From: Flavobacteriales bacterium | GTDB taxonomy: Bacteria; Bacteroidota; Bacteroidia; Flavobacteriales_D; JBKBNH01 | Direction of reading: 5' to 3' | NCBI GenBank assembly: GCA_046295395.1 | Contig: JBKBNH010000002.1 | Span: forward strand, 163,584 to 227,583 | Length of the DNA: 64,000 nucleotides | Part shown: positions 1-9,589 of the stretch, in pieces | Layout of the letters: every line of letters starts with the position of its first letter | How positions within the stretch are numbered: the first letter of the stretch is position 1 | Translations under genes and position numbers: made by a program | Notes under the pieces: generated by a model | The model's database searches: none | What the model was told of the DNA's origin: nothing | The model's input: the letters and a program-made list of their open reading frames with translations, nothing else

Positions 1-1
1 A

Positions 2-133
2 CCCGTTGGTCAAGGAACAGGACTTGGGCTTTCTATCACCTACAAAATTATCGAAACACACGAGGGAAACATTTCTTTTGAAAGCTCTCCGGAAAAAGGC
101 ACCTCATTCACTGTATGTTTGCCTATTAAATAG
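2..133 (+). CDS. Sensor histidine kinase, C-terminal HATPase fragment (5' end lies outside the window)
   Basis: Frame 2 translates to [43 protein letters not shown], which is the G2 box and lid of an HATPase_c domain. The stop codon is at 131-133, 3 nt before the next gene. Confidence 0.6.
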   Translation, partial: PVGQGTGLGLSITYKIIETHEGNISFESSPEKGTSFTVCLPIK

Positions 134-136
134 CCC

Positions 137-1513
137 ATGAAAAAAAAGAAAATAAACATTCTGTATGTTGATGACGAGCGCATAAACCTGCTGGCGCTAA
201 AATCTACCTTCAGAAATGAGTTTACTGTTTTTACAGCAACAGACACAAACGAAGCAACAAAAATTCTTACAAATGAACCTATTCATGTAGTTTTTGCCGA
301 CCAAAGAATGCCCATAAAAACCGGGGTTGAGTTTTTTGAGGAGATAAAAAACATTTTTCCGCTCCCTATCAGGGTCTTAATAACAGCATACAGCGACATG
401 CAAAGTGTTATAGACGGTATAAACAAGGGGCATGTGTATAAATACCTTAAAAAACCGTGGGATGTAAACGAAATTAGGCTCGTTGTTAAAGAGGCTCATG
501 AGGTGTACAGTCTTCGCCGACAAAACATCTCCCTAATTAAAAAATATAAAGAACTATTTAATCAATCTTATGAACCTATTCTTTTGGTTAATACCGAAGG
601 GAAAATCTCTGAATGCAACCGAGCCGCCGAAGACCTTTTTGGCAAACAGATAACGCCCATTAACGGCAGGCCGATTAACGAAATTCTAATCGAATCGCCC
701 AACAATTTTATAAACCTGATTGTTGACCCCGGAGAGAATAAAGAAACAATATGCCGACTTAACTTAACTGGGGCAGAAGAAATTCCTTTTTTAGCTACAA
801 TAAGCGAAATAATCCTGACAGAAGCAGAATATTACATTCAAGTTAAACTGCAGGACATTTCCCAAAGGGAGAATTTCAAAAAAAAAATGCTCAAGGCTAT
901 ATACGAAGCACAAGACTCTGAAAGGCAAAGAATTTCGGCAGAACTACACGACAGTCTGGGCCAAGTTATAGCATTCACCAAGCTAAAAATCGACACCATT
1001 CTACTCTCTCAGGATAACTTAGGCGTAGTTAAGCCCGAATTAAATCAAATTATCGGTGTACTCGAATCATCTTTAGCTGAGTTGAACTCTATTTGCAACA
1101 AAACATTTCCTATTATTCTTTCAGAGGCCGGTTTAATTCCATCGTTAGAGGAACTTTCGCTTATGTATCAAAGCGATTTATTTTACATGGAAATTAATTC
1201 TCCGGACGAGTATAAAATACTTGATAAAAATATTGCGTTTAGCTTATACCGAATTATTCAAGAATTTACCAATAACGCCATAATACATGGCCAAGCAACA
1301 TGCGTTAGGATAAACTTCGAAAAAATCGCTGACACACAAAAAATTATCCTACACAATAACGGAAAACCATTTAATACGGAAAAAATAAAAAGCTATTCGA
1401 GTAGAGGATTAAAAAACATCTTGTCCAGAGCTGCTTCAATCAACGCCGAATTGAGTTTTATCAGCAGCGCAAAAGAAGGAACAACACTTACAATAGCCGT
1501 ACCCTTGGCTTAA
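137..1513 (+). CDS. Receiver-PAS-HisKA_3-HATPase hybrid kinase (REC domain N-terminal to the kinase)
   Basis: ATG start. N-terminal CheY-like receiver (ILYVDDE...VFADQRMP...KKPW). A PAS-like middle region. HisKA_3 H-box ELHDSLGQ. C-terminal HATPase. Confidence 0.85.
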   Translation: MKKKKINILYVDDERINLLALKSTFRNEFTVFTATDTNEATKILTNEPIHVVFADQRMPIKTGVEFFEEIKNIFPLPIRVLITAYSDMQSVIDGINKGHVYKYLKKPWDVNEIRLVVKEAHEVYSLRRQNISLIKKYKELFNQSYEPILLVNTEGKISECNRAAEDLFGKQITPINGRPINEILIESPNNFINLIVDPGENKETICRLNLTGAEEIPFLATISEIILTEAEYYIQVKLQDISQRENFKKKMLKAIYEAQDSERQRISAELHDSLGQVIAFTKLKIDTILLSQDNLGVVKPELNQIIGVLESSLAELNSICNKTFPIILSEAGLIPSLEELSLMYQSDLFYMEINSPDEYKILDKNIAFSLYRIIQEFTNNAIIHGQATCVRINFEKIADTQKIILHNNGKPFNTEKIKSYSSRGLKNILSRAASINAELSFISSAKEGTTLTIAVPLA

Positions 1514-1799
1514 TCAATCCTCTTTTCTGTAAATTATAATAGGGTCGACTAATCGATTCGAAAAAACATCGCCTTCAACAATCATTTTGTTAACCCTGAA
1601 GGCATTAATCGGATTTTTATCTCTCAGAAATGTACTGTCAATAAAGCAATACACAACGTTTGGCAAATAGGCGCAGGCAGGGATTTTCACCACTGAACTT
1701 CATACGAAGAACTGGACTTTCAACAATCCATTTCCCTGTCCTACGAAGCACGAAAACCCTGCTTGAGCTTATTTGTTGTTGTGTACAGTGCTTCTTTTT

Positions 1800-2567
1800 T
1801 CATCGTCCAAGTTTGAGGTACGTCCCGAAGTAGAACCCTGAAAAGTCGAGATTGATTGGATATTGTCCAAGCACCTCCCAATCTCTTCCAAGTCTGTCTT
1901 TTACTGTTTTTGTTCTAAAATATTGATAACCAAAACGTATTCCTAATGTTGTAAATAAAGGAGATTTTGTAAAATCGTATTCCGCTTTTAAGCCTACCTG
2001 ACCTTGAAAATCTCTGCTTGAAAAATATTCGTAAAAAGAACCTATTGGAAAAGTTTCATAACGAATATCAGCGATAGCTTTAGAAAATCCAACTCCTCCA
2101 TTTAATTCTATTCCTAAATGAAATCTGTTTAGGGTGTTTTCCTTGTCTTGAAACTTAAGCAAATGACTCACATACCAAGTAGTGTTAATACCAACTGAAA
2201 TGGCTTCTGTGCGTAATTCAAAGCTGCCTCTGTGTTCTTGTATTGGCCAACCAAATTCATCTGTTTCAGTCAATAATGGACGAGATTTTGAATTTCCATA
2301 TTGATAGTTACCATACAAACCAAAGTCAAATAAGCCAATTGGTTTGTAGTTGATGCCTAATCGGAATTGTTGACCTGATTTAATATGTTCTTGCAATACA
2401 TTGACGTGAGGTTTCAATGCAAAAGAATCAATATAAAATTCATTGAGTTTCCCCATACAATAGCTGTTTATTCCGTAACCAAATTCAAATGAAAGACGGT
2501 TTTGGTTGTCTTGTGCGCTTATTGTTCCACACAAAAGCGAGAGAGAGATTATGATTATATTTTTCAT
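1800..2567 (-). CDS. Outer-membrane beta-barrel-like protein, hypothetical
   Basis: Signal peptide MKNIIIISLSLLCGTISAQ. Alternating aromatic beta-strand-like composition and a C-terminal aromatic. Last gene of a three-gene minus-strand operon. Confidence 0.5.
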   Translation of the reverse strand: MKNIIIISLSLLCGTISAQDNQNRLSFEFGYGINSYCMGKLNEFYIDSFALKPHVNVLQEHIKSGQQFRLGINYKPIGLFDFGLYGNYQYGNSKSRPLLTETDEFGWPIQEHRGSFELRTEAISVGINTTWYVSHLLKFQDKENTLNRFHLGIELNGGVGFSKAIADIRYETFPIGSFYEYFSSRDFQGQVGLKAEYDFTKSPLFTTLGIRFGYQYFRTKTVKDRLGRDWEVLGQYPINLDFSGFYFGTYLKLGR

Positions 2568-2568
2568 T

Positions 2569-3609
2569 TTAGTCTAAATCAATTTTTGTTTCTTTTAAAG
2601 TGCCTAAGTCAATTAAATAAATACTTGATTTTTCAATTATTTTACCAGTAGGTTGTCCATCTGTGTTTAATTCTAAACGGCTGTCAATTCGTTCTCCAAT
2701 TAAAAATTTGCCATCGGCAGAACAAGAAATTGTTTCGTATCGTTTGCTGTTACAAAATGGAATTAAAAGTGTTAGTTGCCCATTACTGGTATTTAACTTA
2801 TATAAACCATTGTTGTAAAATGAAATATATGCTTCAAAATTATTATTACTAAAGGAAATACCGGATAAACCAGCATATTGCGTATTATCAACATTCAAAA
2901 CTTTTGAAAATGTAAGAGGTGATGAATTTAGGTTTGACATACCAATATAAGGCTTGTTTTCGATTAGTGTTGCAGACAACAATAAATCATTGTTCGAAAC
3001 ATCATTGTATGTAGAAACTCCTCCGTGTGCATCACCGTCTCTCAAAATCGTATCATTTTCGATTCCATAGAGTGATTTTTTTAAGAAAAAATAGGGGACG
3101 CCTAAAACTGGAGAATGTGCCCAATACAAATTTTCTCCGCTTGAATCCCAAACAGGGTCGTGATTTGCAGTTGTTGTAGTAAATTGTTTCAAACTGTCGC
3201 CATTTTCTTTAACTATAAAAATGTGGTCAACATATCCTGATTGAGAATTAATTCGTGTGAAAGCTATCCAACCTCCTGTATTCCATTTGGGTTGCCCCCA
3301 TATTTTATGATTGTTACTTTGATACAATATAGTTTTCTGCTTTGTGCTAATGTTATATTTAACAAGTTGGAAACTATTTTGCGAATAATCTTGAAAGTGA
3401 AACACAAATTCATTTTGATTGTTTGGGTTGAAGCAAGGTTGCTTAAACATAAATGTTTCAGAAACAAAATAAGATTGTAGTAGCATGGGGAATGTGTGAC
3501 ATTCTGAATCTTCTCCCAAATGAATGGGAGGTGTCTTGTCTTTACGACAAGACACCAAACCCAAAATCATTAGGAGAATGAGTAAATTATATGTTCTCAT
3601 TCTACTCAA
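2569..3609 (-). CDS. Lipoprotein, hypothetical (possible beta-propeller)
   Basis: Lipobox LGLVSC after an N-terminal signal peptide. 2-nt gap to the downstream gene. No confident family assignment. Confidence 0.5.
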   Translation of the reverse strand: MSRMRTYNLLILLMILGLVSCRKDKTPPIHLGEDSECHTFPMLLQSYFVSETFMFKQPCFNPNNQNEFVFHFQDYSQNSFQLVKYNISTKQKTILYQSNNHKIWGQPKWNTGGWIAFTRINSQSGYVDHIFIVKENGDSLKQFTTTTANHDPVWDSSGENLYWAHSPVLGVPYFFLKKSLYGIENDTILRDGDAHGGVSTYNDVSNNDLLLSATLIENKPYIGMSNLNSSPLTFSKVLNVDNTQYAGLSGISFSNNNFEAYISFYNNGLYKLNTSNGQLTLLIPFCNSKRYETISCSADGKFLIGERIDSRLELNTDGQPTGKIIEKSSIYLIDLGTLKETKIDLD

Positions 3610-3612
3610 AGT

Positions 3613-4240
3613 TTAATTTTTAATTATTCGCTTAGAAATCACAGTTTCACCCGCCTTAATGTTGCACAAATATAAGCCATTTGGCAAATTGCCTAAATTG
3701 TGTAATGCTACAACTCTACCAGTTGCATCGAAAATTTCAAATGAAACTTCAGTTGCATCGAGTAAATTGAAATCAATGGTGATTTGATTGTTTGTTGGAT
3801 TTGGGTAGATATTAACCCCCAAATCTAACTCATTTTCATCAATTCCTGTAACAGAATTATCTTTAACGTAAAGCGAATATGCTGTTTTTAGTTGGCTAGG
3901 TGGTGCAGGAATCCATTTGTTAACTGTTTGACCAAGCATATTGGTTTTTATCCACCAAGCAAAAGTGTAAACACTGAATACCGCTGCATTGCCAAGCGAT
4001 TGTTCCATTTGGGTGAATACAAGATAATAAAATACCCGTATTACTCCCGTTACTATGATTACTAATGTAAACCAAATTCCCATTTGGGTCAATGGCAGAA
4101 GAAACATAGTCATAATTACTAGAATCTCTATTTGAAATAACCCAGTCTATGTTTATAAATGTTTGACTTTGTGCTTGCGCTGTTGATTTTATTGCAAGCA
4201 ACGCAGTCAATACTAAGATATATTTAATTATTTTTTTCAT
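3613..4240 (-). pseudogene. T9SS type-A cargo protein (Por_Secre_tail), reading frame broken by an apparent frameshift
   Basis: ORF 3920..4303 carries the signal peptide MKKIIKYILVLTALLAIKSTAQA. The overlapping ORF 3613..4113 in another frame ends in a Por_Secre_tail-like C-terminal domain (NIYPNPTNNQITIDFNLLDATEVSFEIFDATGRVVAL...). The N-terminal stretch of the second ORF is hydrophobic nonsense. A frameshift near 3920-4000 explains both. Confidence 0.5.
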
Positions 4241-4544
4241 TGTTTTACGTTTTAAAATTACAAAAATTACTTTTCCATAAAGCAGGGTGTTTACTAAAAC
4301 CATTTGTAAGTAAAAAAACGCCCGAAGTTGTACTATGGAAAATACTAACTTTCGGGCATTTTAAGCGGAAACACAGGGATGGACAAATTTCTTTATTTTG
4401 ATTTTAATCGCTCGCAAGGAAAACCCTAATTTTTACTATGTTTTCCCTATATTGAAATTAGGGAATTCCCTAGCCGTTGTGCAATATTCTGCAGCCATGT
4501 TCAACATTTAACACAAGTGGTGGTTGGTGTAATTTTTAATACAT

Positions 4545-5216
4545 TTGTATTCATTCAAAGTTGTGTTAATGAAAATAGGTATTGCAGATGATCATCCTTT
4601 GTACAGAAAAGGTTTAATCGATTTCTTAAAATCTAGCCTTAACCCGAGTGTTTTGTTCGAAGTTGACCGTTTAAATCTAGTTCTAAAGAATGTTTCAGTG
4701 CACAAGCCCGATGTTTTACTTCTAGACTTAAGCATGCCCGGAGATCCTTCTGTTTTTAAAATCATCGAACGATTAAAAAAAGATTTTACGTTGATGAAAA
4801 TAGTTGTGCTAACACTAAAAGAAGATGGAGAAACAGTGAGAAAGTGCTTTCAGAGTGGTGTAGACTCTTTTGTTTGCAAAAGCTCCTCCTCCAAAGAAAT
4901 AGTAAAGGCAATAACCACTGTGACTAATGGTAAAAAATACATTTGTAGCAAAATTACTAGTGATGTTGTTTCTACATTCAGTGATTATTTTGAAGAGCGA
5001 GCCGGCGAAATGAAATTAACAGAAGTTGAAAAAACCCTAATTACACTGGTTTGTGAGGAAAAAACCAATAAAGAGATTGCCGACGAACTCCAATTAAGTT
5101 CTAAAAGTATAGAGTTTAAAAAGCGGCTTTTGTTTAAAAAAATCGGTTGCAAAACTACCGTGGGACTTGTTAAATACGCTGTAACAAACAATCTGTTAAA
5201 AGCTAACCTTTCCTAA
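4545..5216 (+). CDS. NarL/FixJ (LuxR) family response regulator
   Basis: REC domain with acceptor Asp in LLLDLSMPG. C-terminal LuxR helix-turn-helix (KEIADELQLSSKSIEFKKRLLFKKIG). The true start is probably MKIGIADDH at 4569. Confidence 0.85.
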   Translation: MYSFKVVLMKIGIADDHPLYRKGLIDFLKSSLNPSVLFEVDRLNLVLKNVSVHKPDVLLLDLSMPGDPSVFKIIERLKKDFTLMKIVVLTLKEDGETVRKCFQSGVDSFVCKSSSSKEIVKAITTVTNGKKYICSKITSDVVSTFSDYFEERAGEMKLTEVEKTLITLVCEEKTNKEIADELQLSSKSIEFKKRLLFKKIGCKTTVGLVKYAVTNNLLKANLS

Positions 5217-6159
5217 ACCTCAACAAGTGCCCTAAGGGAATATTTTTACCCGATTTTGAATGCAGATGAAGCTCTCCGGATTCGCAGTTAGTTGTGTTTA
5301 TATAATCGCGCAAGCAATTTTCCATAACCAAGGCCGACAATCCGGCAGAGTAGGTGTTGATAACAAAAAAATGCTCTTTGCTGTCGAGTAGGGCGGCGGC
5401 TGTTTGCAGAAGTTCATTCAACTTATCCTCCAGCTTCCATTTTTCGGCATTTTTCCCCAAACCAAAACTTGGAGGATCCATGATAATTCCATTGTATTTT
5501 TTTCTGCGCTTTACTTCTTTTTGGGCAAAACTAAGCGCATCTTCCACTACCCAACGAATATCTTCGAGTTTACTGAGTTGGCGGTTTTCGTTTGCCCAAC
5601 TGACAACTTGTTTTATAGAATCAACATGATAGACCTCTGCTCCTGCCGCCTTCGCCGCCAAAGAAGATGCCCCGGTATAAGCAAAAAGATTTAATATTTT
5701 AGGTTGGGATGATTTCATTCTTTTCACCGAGTCGTAAATAAAATTCCAGTTAACCTGCTGTTCGGGAAACAACCCAATGTGTTTGAAGCGGGTTAGCTCC
5801 AATTTAAAATTTAATTGCAATTTGGGATAAGCAATGTGCCATAGGCGGGGTGCTTTTTTAAGCTCTATCCACCGCCCATCTTTTGCTCCCGAAGCATCAA
5901 AAAAGAAATGCGCCTGCTTTTTCCACACTAAAAGCGGCTGTTCGGGTTGCCATATAGCCTGCTGCTCTGGTCTTATAAGTATAATTTCTCCAAAACGCTC
6001 AAGTTTTAATCTATTTCCCGAATCTATAAGCTCGTAATCGGACCAGGGGTTTGCTAAAAATATTTGCACTTGCTTGGTTTTCTGTTGTTGTCTATCTTGC
6101 CAAAGGTATATAAATATTATGTTGTGGGCTTTAATCGCCCGGATAAGCTGTTTATCCAT
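5203..6159 (-). CDS. Class I SAM-dependent methyltransferase, RlmI-like without a PUA domain
   Basis: SAM fold motifs LFAYTGASS and IIMDPPSFG (the DPPxF motif of RlmI/RlmK-type RNA m5C methyltransferases). Overlaps the convergent LuxR gene by 14 nt. Confidence 0.7.
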   Translation of the reverse strand: MDKQLIRAIKAHNIIFIYLWQDRQQQKTKQVQIFLANPWSDYELIDSGNRLKLERFGEIILIRPEQQAIWQPEQPLLVWKKQAHFFFDASGAKDGRWIELKKAPRLWHIAYPKLQLNFKLELTRFKHIGLFPEQQVNWNFIYDSVKRMKSSQPKILNLFAYTGASSLAAKAAGAEVYHVDSIKQVVSWANENRQLSKLEDIRWVVEDALSFAQKEVKRRKKYNGIIMDPPSFGLGKNAEKWKLEDKLNELLQTAAALLDSKEHFFVINTYSAGLSALVMENCLRDYINTTNCESGELHLHSKSGKNIPLGHLLRFRKG

Positions 6160-6211
6160 TGTATTACTTACTTTTGCCGCTTTAACACGTACAATATTTT
6201 AGAAAAGAAAC

Positions 6212-7729
6212 ATGTCAGAAAGAAGAGTTAGAGTAAGATTTGCGCCAAGTCCTACCGGCCCGCTTCATATGGGGGGTGTTAGAACTGCGCTTTATAACTA
6301 TCTGCTTGCCAAAAAACACGGCGGCGATTTTATTCTTCGTATAGAAGATACCGACCAAACCCGTTATGTACCCGGTGCCGAAGAATACATCATTGAATCG
6401 CTAAAATGGTGCGGCCTTATTGCGGATGAAGGAGTAGGTTTTGGCGGAGAATACGGCCCATATCGGCAATCTGAAAGAAAGCCCATGTACCGTCAGTTTG
6501 TAGACCAGATGATAGAAAGCGGGCATGCGTATTATGCGTTTGATACCGCCGAAGAGCTGGATGATATGCGCGACAGACTAAAGGCCGCCGGAACGGCAGC
6601 ACCACAATACAACAACATTACCCGAAACTCGATGAAAAACTCGCTCACGCTCTCTGCTGACGAGGTAAAAGAACGGCTTGAAAAAGGCGAAGCTTACGTA
6701 GTGCGAATAAAGGTTCCGCGCAACGAAGAAATTCGATTTCACGACGAAATAAGAGGGTGGGTTGTGGTAAACAGCAACAACATTGATGATAAAGTACTTT
6801 TCAAGTCTGATGGAATGCCAACCTACCATATGGCAAACGTTGTTGACGACTACCTGATGAAAGTAAGCCACGTGATAAGGGGCGAGGAATGGTTACCTTC
6901 CGCGCCACTACATGTCTTGTTGTACCGTTATCTAGGGTGGGAAGAGGTGATGCCAAAATTTGCGCATTTGCCTCTAATTCTGAAGCCCGATGGCAATGGA
7001 AAACTGAGCAAGCGCGATGGCGACAGGTTGGGCTTTCCGGTTTTTCCGCTAGAATGGAAGGACCCTTCGAGTGGCGAAATTTCTTCGGGCTACCGAGAGA
7101 AGGGCTATTTCCCTGAGGCGTTTATCAATATGCTAGCGTTTTTAGGGTGGAATCCGGGTACCCCTAAAGAACTTTACTCGGTAGATGAACTTATACAAGA
7201 TTTTACTCTGGAAAGGGTTGGAAAAAGTGGTGCTAAATTCGATCCTGAAAAAACAAAATGGTTCAATCAACAATACTTAAGAGCTAAGAGCAATAGTGAG
7301 CTGGCGCAGTTAATAAAACCTTTGGTAAATAACTCATTCGAAGAGGAATACCTTACGAAAGTTGTCGGGCTAATGAAAGAGCGCGCCTCCTTCGTCCCCG
7401 ACTTATTAGAAGACGATTTTTTGTTTACCACTCCCGGAGAATTTGACGAAACGGTAATAAGCAAAAAATGGAATACAGAAAGCCCTGCAATTGTAAAAGA
7501 ACTAGCTTCTAGATTCAAAGGTATTAGCGACTTTAGCCCGGAAAATATTGAGGCTTCTTTCAAACAATTTTTGGCAGATAAATCGTTGGGAATGGGTGCC
7601 GTTTTGCCTTTGTTTAGGGTTTTGGTAACCGGCAAAGGGATGGGGCCCTCTATGTTTGATATTGCTGCTCTGCTCGGTAAAACAGAAACCTTGAAAAGAA
7701 TAGAAAAAGGGCTTAAAAAACTCGCCTGA
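6212..7729 (+). CDS. gltX: Glutamate--tRNA ligase
   Basis: Class I signature HMGG in RFAPSPTGPLHMGGVRTALYNY. KLSKR (KMSKS motif). Typical length. Confidence 0.95.
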   Translation: MSERRVRVRFAPSPTGPLHMGGVRTALYNYLLAKKHGGDFILRIEDTDQTRYVPGAEEYIIESLKWCGLIADEGVGFGGEYGPYRQSERKPMYRQFVDQMIESGHAYYAFDTAEELDDMRDRLKAAGTAAPQYNNITRNSMKNSLTLSADEVKERLEKGEAYVVRIKVPRNEEIRFHDEIRGWVVVNSNNIDDKVLFKSDGMPTYHMANVVDDYLMKVSHVIRGEEWLPSAPLHVLLYRYLGWEEVMPKFAHLPLILKPDGNGKLSKRDGDRLGFPVFPLEWKDPSSGEISSGYREKGYFPEAFINMLAFLGWNPGTPKELYSVDELIQDFTLERVGKSGAKFDPEKTKWFNQQYLRAKSNSELAQLIKPLVNNSFEEEYLTKVVGLMKERASFVPDLLEDDFLFTTPGEFDETVISKKWNTESPAIVKELASRFKGISDFSPENIEASFKQFLADKSLGMGAVLPLFRVLVTGKGMGPSMFDIAALLGKTETLKRIEKGLKKLA

Positions 7730-8079
7730 TGAACTGCGTAAAAGTAACCGGTATTCGCTGCTACGGCCACCACGGCTGCCTGCCATCAGAAACACTTGTG
7801 GGGCAAGAGTACGTTGTTAATGTATGGCTATACACCGATTTTGCTAAGGCCGCAAAAACCGACAATCTGCAAAAAACAATCGACTATGTTACGGTAAATC
7901 AAATTGTTACCGAAGAGGTTAAAAAGCCATCGAAACTAATTGAAGCCGTGGGCTACCGAATTATTTCGAGGCTTAAAAATGAATTTGACTCGGTTGAAAA
8001 AATCACTGTAGAGGTAATTAAACCAAACCCGCCCATAAATGGCGATGTACAATCCGTTTCAATAATTATCGAAGAATAG
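7729..8079 (+). CDS. folB: Dihydroneopterin aldolase
   Basis: N-terminal VKVTGIRCYGHHGCLPSE...YVVNV, the FolB motif. 116 aa. Start overlaps the gltX stop. Confidence 0.85.
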   Translation: MNCVKVTGIRCYGHHGCLPSETLVGQEYVVNVWLYTDFAKAAKTDNLQKTIDYVTVNQIVTEEVKKPSKLIEAVGYRIISRLKNEFDSVEKITVEVIKPNPPINGDVQSVSIIIEE

Positions 8080-8177
8080 CGCTTTAATTATTGGATTTTA
8101 CTAATTTTGCCACTCGTTAATCAAAAGCCTTGTTCATTTCTGCGGAAATTTAAGATTGGCAATGGTTAAAGAAAAGT

Positions 8178-8248
8178 GGTCTCGTGGCCGAGTGGCTAGG
8201 CAGAGGTCTGCAAAACCTTGTACAGCGGTTCGAATCCGCTCGAGACCT
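8178..8248 (+). tRNA. tRNA-Cys (GCA)
   Basis: Acceptor stem GGTCTCG/CGAGACC. Anticodon loop cTGCAaa. T-arm GGTTCGAATCC. Discriminator t. CCA not encoded. Confidence 0.9.
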
Positions 8249-8250
8249 CA

Positions 8251-8290
8251 ACAAAAAACCCGCTTGAAATTCAAGCGGGTTTTTTGTTTT
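8251..8290 (+). terminator. Rho-independent terminator after tRNA-Cys
   Basis: aaaaaaCCCGCTTGaaatTCAAGCGGGtttttt is a GC stem followed by a T-run. Confidence 0.6.
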
Positions 8291-8304
8291 AATTTCTTTT
8301 ACAT

Positions 8305-8574
8305 TCAATCCCTAAACAGCATCAGAGCTCCGGTATAATCGTGTTTATCGCCCGCTACAGCGACTTTAACCAGATAATAATACGTTACCGAAGAAGAAGG
8401 TTTTCCATTTATTTGTCCGTTCCAAGAGCCGTTCATATTGTCGTACTCATACACAAGAGCTCCCCGGCTATTGTATATGTACACCCTCAACGATTCGATG
8501 CCTTCTGCGTTAATTTTAAATACATCATTTATCCCATCACCGTTGGGTGTAAATACATTAGGGATAGAAATTAC
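8305..8574 (-). pseudogene. Truncated CHU_C / T9SS type-B C-terminal-domain gene remnant (no start codon, no signal peptide)
   Basis: The minus-strand frame reads FFVISIPNVFTPNGDGINDVFKINAEGIESLRVYIYNSRGALVYEY...GALMLFRD. It is paralogous to the C-terminal domain of gene 9175..9573. The frame runs directly into the T-tract of the ferritin terminator with no ATG/GTG and no leader peptide. Confidence 0.5.
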
Positions 8575-8599
8575 AAAAAAGCCCTCAGATGAAGAGGGC
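8575..8599 (-). terminator. Rho-independent terminator of the ferritin gene
   Basis: GCCCTCagatgaaGAGGGC hairpin followed, on the minus strand, by a TTTTTT tract. Confidence 0.6.
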
Positions 8600-8624
8600 T
8601 TTGGGAGTTCGTGTCGTCTTTTGG

Positions 8625-9134
8625 TTATTGAGCAGCCTCATCCTTGGGCATGTAGTTTTCCAATTCGGTATCGAAAATGTACATCCCCGAATTGTCGTTG
8701 CCAATAAGATTAAGTTTATCCATAATCTTACGGGCCAAAGCTTCTTCTTCCAGCTGCTCGGATACGTACCACTGCATAAAATTGTGAGTGGTGTAGTCTT
8801 TTTCCTGCAAACAGATATGTACTACATTATTTATACTTTCGGTGACAGCTATTTCATGCTCTAGCAGACTTTTAAAAATTTCTTTTATGTTTTTAAATTC
8901 CTTTTTGGGTTGTTTCAACGCCGGAATTACCGCTTTTCCGCCACGCTCGTTTATAAATTTTACCAGCTTAAGCATGTGCGTGCGTTCTTCATCTGAATGT
9001 AAATAAAGAAATGAGGCTGTCCCGGCAAAACCGGCAGTCTCTGCCCACGAAGCCATCGCAAGGTAAAACTGCGAAGATTGTGCCTCCATGAGTACTTGAT
9101 TGTTTAGTGCGTCTTCTACTTTCTTGTTTAGCAT
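8625..9134 (-). CDS. ftn: Non-haem bacterial ferritin
   Basis: Ferritin-like di-iron motifs (LMEAQSSQFYLAMASWAE...HSDEERTHMLKLVKF). 169 aa. Confidence 0.85.
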   Translation of the reverse strand: MLNKKVEDALNNQVLMEAQSSQFYLAMASWAETAGFAGTASFLYLHSDEERTHMLKLVKFINERGGKAVIPALKQPKKEFKNIKEIFKSLLEHEIAVTESINNVVHICLQEKDYTTHNFMQWYVSEQLEEEALARKIMDKLNLIGNDNSGMYIFDTELENYMPKDEAAQ

Positions 9135-9174
9135 GATTGTTTTTCTTTTATAAACCCTTTTCGAGGGTGATTGT

Positions 9175-9573
9175 TTATCGTTTTAACAGCAGCGCCCCGG
9201 TAAAAACTCGCTCTTCGTCACCATCGTCAGACAAAGCTTTAATGATGTAATAATACACCCCGGTAGAGCAAACTTCTCCGGCAGGCCAGGTTCTACCGTC
9301 CCAAAAACCATTCACACCCCAGAAATAATAAACAATATTTCCCCAGCGGTCGTAAATATAAGCCTGAATATCTATTACATTTGTTGTGGATACTTTGAAC
9401 ACATCATTTATCCCATCACCATTAGGCGAAAAAACATTGGGTATTTCGATTACGGGCTCGTTAGCCGGGGCCTGACCGAAAGAAGTTTTAGCCAACACCA
9501 TGTTGAATAAAATAAACACAGCGATTAAAATCGCCTTGTTATTCTCTGTTATTTTGATGATGTTCCTCAACAT
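9175..9573 (-). CDS. Mini-protein made of a signal peptide plus a CHU_C / T9SS type-B C-terminal domain only
   Basis: Probable start is the internal Met MLRNIIKITENNKAILIAVFILFNMVLAKTSFGQAP, a signal peptide. This is followed by IEIPNVFSPNGDGINDVFKV...YIYDRWGNIVYY...GVYYYII...GALLLKR, which matches the gliding-motility-associated C-terminal domain pattern. Confidence 0.6.
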   Translation of the reverse strand: MLRNIIKITENNKAILIAVFILFNMVLAKTSFGQAPANEPVIEIPNVFSPNGDGINDVFKVSTTNVIDIQAYIYDRWGNIVYYFWGVNGFWDGRTWPAGEVCSTGVYYYIIKALSDDGDEERVFTGALLLKR

Positions 9574-9589
9574 TAAACTGTAATTTACA

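Noticed and set aside
4304-4544. Hairpin AAAAAACGCCCGAAG...CTTTCGGGCATTTT and CCCTAATTT...AAATTAGGG inverted repeat in a divergent promoter region
   Set aside because: It resembles a bidirectional terminator. It sits between two divergently transcribed genes, so a terminator role is not supported. No further evidence for an sRNA. Noted but too weak to call.
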